From Lentisphaeria bacterium (lineage in GTDB: Bacteria > Verrucomicrobiota > Lentisphaeria > JABSQK01 > JAWLHB01), in contig JAWLHB010000022.1 in NCBI GenBank assembly GCA_041690595.1, positions 111,739 to 131,738 of the forward strand: a stretch of DNA of 20,000 bases. The letters are read 5' to 3'. The position numbers were made by a program, and so were the translations under genes. Below, piece after piece: positions 10,801 to 17,515 of this stretch. Every line of letters starts with the position of its first letter. Position 1 is the first letter of the stretch. The notes beneath the pieces were generated by a model that was not told the DNA's origin, did no database searches, and worked only from the letters and a program-made list of their open reading frames with translations.

Positions 10801-11917
10801 GCAACTGCACGACAACTTCGCGCAGGCGGGAGGGGCTTTCGAGGCGGCCGCCATAGCGTCCATCCAGCCAGAGCTGGGCGCCCTCTCCATCGAGCCGGAA
10901 TTCCCAGTGTATGATCCGTTGCGAGGCTGCCGGGAAGCGCTCCCAGTTACGCTGGAGGCTCGCGGCCTGCTCGTCGGTGTAGCGTCGCGCATAGGGGCGG
11001 CTGTGGTAGGTGAGCTTCAACCCCTGAAAGTCGATCATGGCGTCCGGCAGGGAAAGCTTCTCGCGGACGAGCTTGCCGTCGCGTTCGAGGCTTGTGGTCA
11101 TTGTGTCGGCCCGGATGACGGGGGTGATGGTGGTCGATGTGCCATCCTCATGGTGCAGGCTGAGGCGGGCGGTTGGCGCCTGCCCGACACTGAATGCCAG
11201 GCTCGCGGTATCGGCATCGGCCGGAATCGTCACGCGCAGTTCGGTCGGCGCCTGTTGCAGCGGTGGCAGGCGGCGCAAGCGGAGGGAGCCCACCTGCGTT
11301 CCTGGATGGACGGAAAGGTTGATGCCGGTAGCGGCAGCTAAGGGGGCGGTATTCTCCGCCACTTTGACCCACTCGCCCCGATCTTCCATCCAGACGCGAA
11401 CGAAACCGGCGCGGGATTCGATGCGGCAACGGTACCAGGTGCGTCCGAGCAGCGGTGCGATGCCGAGATCGGCCAGAAGGGCCTGTTGACTCGCGCCCCA
11501 GCCGCCGGCCGGTCCCGAGAGGGCGATGCGGTCCGCCCGGATGGTGACCGCGTGGAAAACGGGCTTGCCTTCCGCCATGGTGGCGAGGCGTGCCTGCAAC
11601 TCACGCTTCTCGCCGCCAAAGAGAAAGCGGAACGAAAACTCGCACTCGTCAACCTGCTCCCGGCCGGCGATTTGCGGCCACTCTTCGCGAAAGGCCCAGG
11701 CAGGCTTGTCGCCGCGGTTGGCCAAGTGCTTGCGCCCCATCGGGTACTCCTCGACCGCAAAGCCATCGTTGGCGAGAGGACAGGTATCGCCATAGCTGTC
11801 AAAATCCTCAAAAGCCATGCTGCCCTCCATGCTCTCCGCGTTCTCGTCCGGCGGAGTCATGGCGTCCGCGCACAGGCACCAGGTGACGCAGAGCAGTGCC
11901 AGAGAGAATCGCAGCAT
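7895..11917 (-). CDS. Large secreted multidomain protein, putative clan GH-A-like hydrolase with extra N-terminal beta-sandwich and C-terminal CBM-like domain
   Basis: 1340 aa, Sec signal (MLRFSLALLCVTWCLCADA), strong SD AAGGAGGT at 11923-11930. Collinear with 4479..7898 ([68 protein letters not shown]). Confidence 0.6.
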   Translation of the reverse strand: MLRFSLALLCVTWCLCADAMTPPDENAESMEGSMAFEDFDSYGDTCPLANDGFAVEEYPMGRKHLANRGDKPAWAFREEWPQIAGREQVDECEFSFRFLFGGEKRELQARLATMAEGKPVFHAVTIRADRIALSGPAGGWGASQQALLADLGIAPLLGRTWYRCRIESRAGFVRVWMEDRGEWVKVAENTAPLAAATGINLSVHPGTQVGSLRLRRLPPLQQAPTELRVTIPADADTASLAFSVGQAPTARLSLHHEDGTSTTITPVIRADTMTTSLERDGKLVREKLSLPDAMIDFQGLKLTYHSRPYARRYTDEQAASLQRNWERFPAASQRIIHWEFRLDGEGAQLWLDGRYGGRLESPSRLREVVVQLPSNSSAGESRVWKRVDAESAYLPLDVAFVAKPGALTDARVSLSPGALPVEGVPMIVVDGANHADVSVVKEMKGSWALEADEFLARGAFDGMPEALQFSVPLAHWRRAWILCAAELDPSKDAMLTASLSRSAVSGRGDAIAATTVTLPRGEEAAPATTRRVGTVTYATANGEVSVPLWLVEVPLDLGRILDLLDPAPDPRATLKIGPYLDFTLMGKPDRAYQQLDRRHKPDPLSTSGVHVFGLTLERAPVAFRLTASQPGNIFHNDESPMTTAWLQAEVGGTYALTWEIQDEQGKTIATEQRQVNLASGEEAPIEIALAMPNPGWYGITFTVLDTQGKTILTHEAAFALLGRDRREAGYDSPYGTWWFGGAHYGSDDIAIAGPMLHKAGLRRTTFGWSKAGEAEMAPWTVGLNQMGRGFNLNDLQNFDAASQREEKRIKELIARFPHCSYVLVYHESYNNAVPPELRDAAAPEAGEREQQMVALGNLAGAFYREKFPQLKLVWGNSSASAAIIAMLLRHGLDPSYIDYIGIETPGQTAPPEVLWEGATQGMWLAREAARKLGHDLPLTGCYEYTARSERDLGPRRQAEWIARDILLGLAYRFPTVSPAILHDVGNAYYNTLWGAGGLAKRAPLYYPKPAYVAVATLTTQLDGVTLRRELPTGSATVYGLEFDRRGESVYALWTVRGEATLALVAGDDSPMTQVDMYGRESILPDGQPLRVSTSPCYLVTKGPLRSVEVIERTYPADQPRPDFRIANAMDDASQWKIGAGNRSLDAVERHYLPWRTAGEFDLRQVVDEEKGACLELEMKAPPNPSLSPLVGEYTVLRLKEPVALEGSPHTLGVWVKGNSNWGKVMWEIIDGEGEIWRSSGTGGWGCDILDWPAETAVNFDGWAFLRMPLSESSPDRTINPGGVVSQWICEAGGNKRIDFPIRLSALAVTMYRHAVVLTEMQPLEKLTLRFRDSGTQDFEP

Positions 11918-11929
11918 GACAGACCTCCT

Positions 11930-14107
11930 TCACACGGTTTGCATGGTTAGCGCCAATTCGGACCGCGAGACGCTGTTCGCCGGCAAGTCGAAACGACGCA
12001 GTTCTCCGGGCGCGAGCCGCACATGCGTCGACGCGCCATCCAAGTGCACGTAAAGCTCATGGGGCCGGTCGAAATCGATGTTGTAGGCCAACACCTGATT
12101 CGCCTCTGGAAACCAGGACCACGCGATGAAGTCGCATTCGGGCCCCGGCGCCTGACCGTCGTCGGTGATGAAGACCCGCCCCCGAACCTGCATGGCGAGA
12201 TGGCGCAGAATCAGGGGCAGCAGTCCCTGCTCGTCAGCCAGGCTGCTGAGATTCATGTCACCGGCCATTGCCCCAGGATAATCCCAGGAGTTCAGGAAGT
12301 AAGTTTGCCCACGGCCGCACTGGTGGCGCAGCAGCAGTGGTCGGAACTGCTCATCTTCGACCAGCAGCACCTCGGGAGAGCCGGTCATCTCCAACTCGCC
12401 GACACGCGTGCAGTAGACACCGTACTTCTGGGGGCGCGCAAACCCGAGGGGGCTTTCCATCTCGGGTGTCGTCGCCCAGTAGAAGCGCCCGCCACGGCCT
12501 TTGACTTTCACGCCGCACAATTCGGTGAAGTCGCCGCCATTGACCAGCGATTCCGGTGCATAGCCCGTATAGTTGCGCGTATCGTCCGTCGAAAGATGGG
12601 GGATCGAAATGAAGAGCGTGCCGCCGCCGCGAACATACTCCACCAGTACCCGGTACTGCTCTTCCGTTGCCGTATTCCAGCCGCAGAAGATCAGCAGGGA
12701 ATAGTGCTCGAGCAGGAAGGCCGCGCTTATCGGCCCAGCGAAGCTGACGATGTCCACCTGACCGTGGGGGGTACCGGAAAAGAAATTATTCTTGAGCTTC
12801 TTCATGACCGGAGGACGGGGATAGAAGACTTGCCGCACCAGATCCCAGCCACGTTCGGGCGCTCCCTCGAACCAATGGGGATTCTCTTCCGCGATCCGAT
12901 AGGCGCCGCCGATGGCGTTGTTCGGGTGGAATTCGTTGCCCGCCAGGTCGAGGTTGCCTTTAACGACGGCGATTCGTGCCTCCGGTTGCCCCTCCGGCGT
13001 CCCTTCCGCTTCGAGGAAATCGTAGAAGTCGGTGACCTCACGGCGATAGGCCCGGCAGATCGCTGAATCGTAGCCAAGCTGGGCATAGTGCTTGCGCGCT
13101 TCCGGGACCGCCGCGGCCGTTTGGCGTGGATCGTTGCGGTGAATCGCCCCCAAGTCCACCTTTGGCGTTGTGTGCATCACCGTGTCCAGCACGTGATCCG
13201 ACTGCTGCCACCAGTTGCCGCTTTCCAGGTGGATCAACTTGCAGCCAGCCAGATACTTGAGGTAAAAGGCATGACGAAGCGAGGGGTATTTGTACGGCGA
13301 CGCATAGGGCAGCCGGGAGTAATGCTCATGGGCGATGTCGGTACCCCAGATCGGCAGGTCGTACTGCCGGTAGAGCCCGCGAGCCAGCGCCGAGGCCATA
13401 CCCAGATGCGCAAAAGCAAAATCCTCGGTGACCGGAATGGTGGCTCCGGCATCGATCTCGTAATCCAGATGAAAGGAGCAGGAGGTCGTCATTACATCAC
13501 CCCAGCCAGACGCCTGTCGTGCCTCTACCTGCTCTCGAACCGCCGCGCGCAAGGCCGCCGCCAGGCCAGTCAGGCTCGGCTTGCCGGTATCCTTCCGGTC
13601 GCTGTCGAAGCGGTGCGAAAACTTCTCGCCCACGTTGTAGCCGAGGTAGTGCCGGCCGCCGGCGGCTGCCAGCTTTTGCGACCATTCGGGGGCGGCATCC
13701 GCGTAGAGCACATAACTCCAGATACCCTTCCTGGCGGCCTCGGCCACAAAGCGCACCATGCCGGCCCCGGAGCGATCCGCATGCTCGGCCAGTGGCGCCC
13801 AATCGCTGGGAACCAGAAAGCGGCGCTCCTGCCAATCGGGAGCCGGGGCTTCCAAGCCCAGAGCGGCCAGATCCTGCCACCAGGCCGCTGCCCGGAGCGT
13901 TCTGTCGGTGGCGCCGCCATCCCACAGGATCACCAGGTTTCCCTGGCGTTCGGACAGGACCCGTTCGAGGTACCAATCCGGATCGTGATCCTCCGACACC
14001 CAACTGGTATAATACCGGCCGGTGGTCTGAAAAACGTAATCGGCGCGGTCGAGGTAGATGGCGCTCCCCAACAGGGTGCCGATCGGGGGCAGTTCGATAT
14101 GACTCAT
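11930..14107 (-). CDS. Uncharacterised protein with GH42-like architecture (putative barrel plus beta-galactosidase-trimerisation/GATase1-like domain)
   Basis: 725 aa, ATGA-coupled to the regulator. YSLLIFCGWNTATEEQYRVLVEYVRGGGTLFIS...ELCGVKV...PLLLRHQCGRGQTYFL matches the GH42 trimerisation/class-I-glutamine-amidotransferase-like fold pattern. No obvious signal peptide. Confidence 0.5.
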   Translation of the reverse strand: MSHIELPPIGTLLGSAIYLDRADYVFQTTGRYYTSWVSEDHDPDWYLERVLSERQGNLVILWDGGATDRTLRAAAWWQDLAALGLEAPAPDWQERRFLVPSDWAPLAEHADRSGAGMVRFVAEAARKGIWSYVLYADAAPEWSQKLAAAGGRHYLGYNVGEKFSHRFDSDRKDTGKPSLTGLAAALRAAVREQVEARQASGWGDVMTTSCSFHLDYEIDAGATIPVTEDFAFAHLGMASALARGLYRQYDLPIWGTDIAHEHYSRLPYASPYKYPSLRHAFYLKYLAGCKLIHLESGNWWQQSDHVLDTVMHTTPKVDLGAIHRNDPRQTAAAVPEARKHYAQLGYDSAICRAYRREVTDFYDFLEAEGTPEGQPEARIAVVKGNLDLAGNEFHPNNAIGGAYRIAEENPHWFEGAPERGWDLVRQVFYPRPPVMKKLKNNFFSGTPHGQVDIVSFAGPISAAFLLEHYSLLIFCGWNTATEEQYRVLVEYVRGGGTLFISIPHLSTDDTRNYTGYAPESLVNGGDFTELCGVKVKGRGGRFYWATTPEMESPLGFARPQKYGVYCTRVGELEMTGSPEVLLVEDEQFRPLLLRHQCGRGQTYFLNSWDYPGAMAGDMNLSSLADEQGLLPLILRHLAMQVRGRVFITDDGQAPGPECDFIAWSWFPEANQVLAYNIDFDRPHELYVHLDGASTHVRLAPGELRRFDLPANSVSRSELALTMQTV

Positions 14108-15135
14108 GACGATGCCTTCTTCTTTCCGCCCACCAGCGCGGGCTGAAGCCGGATGCTGGCTGGAGCGCCGTCGGTGGGTTCTGTCATTGCAAATAACAAC
14201 TGGATGCTTGCTTCGTAAATGTCATCGGGAAAGTGTGCTTCCGTTATCGCTTCGTATTGCTGCCTGAAGACGGGGCTCACCGCCAGGACGCCGAGGTGCG
14301 GCCGACAGGATCGGGAGAGCAGCCAGGCCAGCACGTCCGCGCTCCAGCCCACCTCCACCAGCAACCCGTCAAGCGACTCGCCGCACCGGTTGAGGTAATC
14401 CACGATCTCCGGCGCCTTCCGATGATGGTCCGGAAAGAGGATGCAGTCCGGGTCGACGGACAGTCCGCGCGCCTGCATGGCCACTTCAAGCCCCGTCCGC
14501 ATTTCCGCGGAGGGGGCGTAGTCGGATCCACCGGCAATCAGCCCAAGCCTTCTGGCGCCGCGATTGAGGAGGTTGTCGGCCAGCATCGTCGCCATGCCCT
14601 GCCAGTCGTAGACGACCGACGGCATACCGTATGTATCGCCCGCCACTGTACCGACAATGACCAGTGGCATGTTCAGGCTGGCCAGCAGTTGCAACCACTC
14701 CTGAGTGATCCAGCCGGAAACCAGCACCCCATCGACGTCCACCAGCAAGCGGGTGACATCATGACTCGGTTCACGGCCGGCAGCGACCAAACGCAGGTCG
14801 TAGCCGCGGCGCGCCAGCGAATTGTCCAGATTCATCAGGGATGGTCCGAAGGTGGGTATCGCCAGTGGTCCCTCGAAAATGTTCACGAAGGCAATGGTAC
14901 CTGCCTTCTTCAACTCCTGACTGCCCGCCGCCACGAAGGTGCCGCGGCCCTGCGCCCGCCGGACCACCTGCAGCTCCTCCAGCTTTCCCATGGCGCGGCG
15001 CAGTGTGATCAGACTCACGCCAAAGCGTTTCGCCAGTTCAGGCTCCGTTGGCAACAGGCTGCCGACACCCAGGCGATTCGTCGCGATAAGATCCACCACG
15101 GCCCGTTGCGTCTGCACGTATTTCGGTATCGTCAT
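14104..15135 (-). CDS. GntR-family HTH regulator with LacI/periplasmic-binding-protein sugar-sensing domain (AraR-like architecture)
   Basis: PKYVQ...GSLLPTEPELAKRFGVSLITLRRAMGKLEELQVVRRAQGRGTFV is a GntR wHTH. The C-terminus (VDGVLV, NMPLVIVG, PSVVYD, LLNRGARRLGLI) is LacI-type. Confidence 0.92.
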   Translation of the reverse strand: MTIPKYVQTQRAVVDLIATNRLGVGSLLPTEPELAKRFGVSLITLRRAMGKLEELQVVRRAQGRGTFVAAGSQELKKAGTIAFVNIFEGPLAIPTFGPSLMNLDNSLARRGYDLRLVAAGREPSHDVTRLLVDVDGVLVSGWITQEWLQLLASLNMPLVIVGTVAGDTYGMPSVVYDWQGMATMLADNLLNRGARRLGLIAGGSDYAPSAEMRTGLEVAMQARGLSVDPDCILFPDHHRKAPEIVDYLNRCGESLDGLLVEVGWSADVLAWLLSRSCRPHLGVLAVSPVFRQQYEAITEAHFPDDIYEASIQLLFAMTEPTDGAPASIRLQPALVGGKKKASS

Positions 15136-15176
15136 CGGCGCTACGTCCTCACTGAAAATCCAAAATTCATACTTTC

Positions 15177-15212
15177 AATATAATGACCAGTTGTTCAGAC
15201 GCAAACAACTGG
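15177..15212 (-). promoter_or_regulatory. Putative sigma70 promoter of the operon overlapped by a perfect inverted repeat (candidate operator)
   Basis: AT-rich gap. Minus-strand TTGCGT (15204-15199), 16-nt spacer, TATATT (15182-15177). CCAGTTGTT-N8-AACAACTGG at 15187-15212 spans the -35. Confidence 0.5.
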
Positions 15213-15238
15213 CCAGAAAAGATTCTTATGATGGTGGA

Positions 15239-16312
15239 TCAGAGCTCGATCTGGACGGGTCGATTGGTGGTGCCGGAACGGTTGCTCGCATCGAGATATG
15301 CTTGAATGCGCAGGCCGTTCTCGAAGTTGCTCAGATCGTCCTTTCCGGAGCGAATGCAGCTGATGAAGCGCTGGAAGTTGCTGGGGGTGGCTTTGCAGGC
15401 AACGCTCTTCCATTTGAAGGTCTCGATGGCCCGGGCACCACTGCAGATACGGTATTCCGAGTAGGAGCTGTCCAGATCGAGTTCGATGGCGCCGGCGGTG
15501 CCATAGACTCTGCAGCGGAGGCTGTTGGCATGCCCTACGGCCCAGCGGGACGAATGGATGGTGCCAATCGCGCCATTGCGGAAGGCGACAGTCGAGATGA
15601 AGCTGTCGTTGGCATCCAGAATGTAATCGCCGAGTTGGTTTCCCTCGACACCCTTGTCGAAGGTACTCAGCCGGCAGTCGATTTCCACGATATCCTGCCC
15701 GCAGAGCAGGGTGGTGAGGTCGTAGATGTGACAGCCAAGATCTCCGAGGACACCATTGCTGCCGTGGCGCGTGGAAAGGCGCCAGGTCAGGCCGGGGCAA
15801 TCCTGCCATCGGCCCCAGGCACAATTGACCAGCCAGCTCTGCAAATAGCTCGATTCGACATGCCTCAGCTCGCCGATTGCGCCGGCACGCACTGCCTGCG
15901 CGGCCTTCTGCAGAGCCGCCGAGTTGCGATAGGAGAAGTTGATCATGCTGCAGATGCCCGCTTCCCGCGCCGCGGTTGCCATGGCCCGGGCATCGTCGAG
16001 GGTCGTCGCCATGGGCTTTTCGCTCAGGATGTGGCAACCCGCCGCGATCACGGCCAGCGCCACTTCGGCATGCTGGGCATCCGGCGTCACATTGGTGACC
16101 GCATCCAGCTTCTCCTCCGCCAGCATCCGACGATAGTCCGTATAGACCGAGCCGATGCCGTACGTCTCCGCGAAAGCCACCGCGGCGGGCTCCCGCACAT
16201 CGCAGCAGGCAACCAGTTCCACGCCGGCGATCTGCTGGAAAGCTTTTGCGTGGGCATGGGCCATGCCTCCCGTACCCACGATGGCGAGTCTGATTCTGGC
16301 GTTCTTCTTCAT
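15239..16312 (-). CDS. Gfo/Idh/MocA family NAD(P)-dependent oxidoreductase
   Basis: RLAIVGTGGMA Rossmann motif, VTPDAQH, HILSEKPMA, GVLGDLGCHIYDL. GGAGG RBS at ~16319-16323. Confidence 0.93.
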   Translation of the reverse strand: MKKNARIRLAIVGTGGMAHAHAKAFQQIAGVELVACCDVREPAAVAFAETYGIGSVYTDYRRMLAEEKLDAVTNVTPDAQHAEVALAVIAAGCHILSEKPMATTLDDARAMATAAREAGICSMINFSYRNSAALQKAAQAVRAGAIGELRHVESSYLQSWLVNCAWGRWQDCPGLTWRLSTRHGSNGVLGDLGCHIYDLTTLLCGQDIVEIDCRLSTFDKGVEGNQLGDYILDANDSFISTVAFRNGAIGTIHSSRWAVGHANSLRCRVYGTAGAIELDLDSSYSEYRICSGARAIETFKWKSVACKATPSNFQRFISCIRSGKDDLSNFENGLRIQAYLDASNRSGTTNRPVQIEL

Positions 16313-16503
16313 CCCATTCCTCCCTTTATCCTTGGACGTTGTCCGTGAAGATGTTCAGGCCATTACAATGACGCGTTCCCGACTGTCGACAAGCGAAGGC
16401 GACAAGGCGATCGGGATTCGCGCCGGTCAGGGAGGCGAAGAGAAGCATCGGCGGCTATAGTAGGGGCCAACCCTGTGTTCGTCACCCCCCCCGGAAGCAG
16501 TCG

Positions 16504-17232
16504 ATGCCCGAGAAGAGCTTCACCCGAAGTGCCGAGATGCCATTCGTCGAGCACCTGCGCGAGCTGCGCACGCGCATATTGCGCTCCCTCGTCGGCGTCA
16601 TCGTGGGTGCGATCATCGGCTATATCTTCTATGACTCGTACGTGCATCTGTTGACGGAGCCCTTCGGGCAAACGCTGAAGATGCGGGTCGTGGTGGAGGG
16701 CTTCCTGATGCAGATCAAGATAGCCTTCTACGCCGGCATCATCCTCTCCTTTCCGCTGCATGTCTACAATGTGACGGCCTTCGTGCTGCCGGCGCTGGTG
16801 GCAAAGGAGCGCCGGGTGCTGGCCGTCTTCCTCTGTGGCAGCCTGGTGCTGGGACTGATCGGCATCTACATGGCCTATTTTCAGATCCTGCCCTACTCGG
16901 TGCAGTTTCTCAAGCAGTATCAGCCGCCGGGAACCGAATATGAGCTCTTCTTTCGCGACAACATCCAGCTGGTCTGCCAACTGGTGATCGCCTTCATTGT
17001 GCTCTTCCAGATTCCCCTCGTCATGCTGTTGCTGATGTGGTTCAACGTTGTCACCCCAGCCACCTTCATGCGCATTGGGCGTTACTTCATCATCTTGATC
17101 TTCATCCTCTCGGCAATCCTTACGCCGCCGGACATCATCTCGCAGATCGGACTCGCCATTCCCTTGATAATCCTCTATTACCTGGCTATCTTACTGGCCA
17201 AACTCTTCCACTTGGGATCTGTCGAGACGTGA
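16504..17232 (+). CDS. tatC: Twin-arginine translocase subunit TatC
   Basis: EMPFVEHLRELRTRI, EGF...IKIAFY.G, FVLPAL..KERR, FQIPLV, SAILTPPDIISQ; about six hydrophobic segments. Confidence 0.96.
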   Translation: MPEKSFTRSAEMPFVEHLRELRTRILRSLVGVIVGAIIGYIFYDSYVHLLTEPFGQTLKMRVVVEGFLMQIKIAFYAGIILSFPLHVYNVTAFVLPALVAKERRVLAVFLCGSLVLGLIGIYMAYFQILPYSVQFLKQYQPPGTEYELFFRDNIQLVCQLVIAFIVLFQIPLVMLLLMWFNVVTPATFMRIGRYFIILIFILSAILTPPDIISQIGLAIPLIILYYLAILLAKLFHLGSVET

Positions 17233-17286
17233 GCCGGCTCTTCCCGCGCGATTCCAGCTCACCGATTTTACCGGGGGTATGTTATC

Positions 17287-17505
17287 ATGCCAAGCGGAAA
17301 TGAAATTCTCATCATTGCAATTGTCGTGATGATCCTCTTCGGCGCCACCGCCATCCCCAAGTTCGCCCGCAGTCTTGGCAAGGCGAAGCGTGAATTTGAG
17401 AAGGGCGTGCGCGAAGGCGGCAAGGACGACGAGTCCACCGACAAGGCCAAAGAGACGAAAGAGGGCGAAGCGGAGTCGGCCGAACGCAAACCACGCGAAC
17501 TGTGA
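17287..17505 (+). CDS. tatA: Twin-arginine translocase TatA/E subunit
   Basis: 72 aa: single TM ending in the LFG hinge, amphipathic IPKFARSLGKAKREFEKG, charged tail; adjacent to tatC. Confidence 0.93.
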   Translation: MPSGNEILIIAIVVMILFGATAIPKFARSLGKAKREFEKGVREGGKDDESTDKAKETKEGEAESAERKPREL

Positions 17506-17515
17506 GGCACGGGGG

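Noticed and set aside
8291..11341. 1016-aa + strand ORF (also 76..1179, 1044..2675, 6687..7982, 12023..13066, 13088..14146, 14939..16348, and 17312..18544 on the minus strand)
   Set aside because: Antisense shadows of well-supported genes. High-GC codon usage leaves the opposite frame poor in stops, and the translations show no recognisable motifs.
1002..11917. Operon enzymes as substrates of the neighbouring Tat system
   Set aside because: None of the leaders has an S/T-R-R-x-F-L-K motif; they look Sec-type, so proximity to tatC-tatA is probably incidental.
15187..15212. Inverted repeat as an intrinsic terminator of the upstream oxidoreductase
   Set aside because: The stem is AT-rich and no U-tract follows it on the minus strand. 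An operator fits better, though a terminator is not fully excluded.
17375..17515. 47-aa N-terminal extension of the Gfo/Idh/MocA ORF, containing RR pairs
   Set aside because: It overlaps tatA in another frame and lacks a hydrophobic core; the Rossmann fold begins right after ATG 17516.
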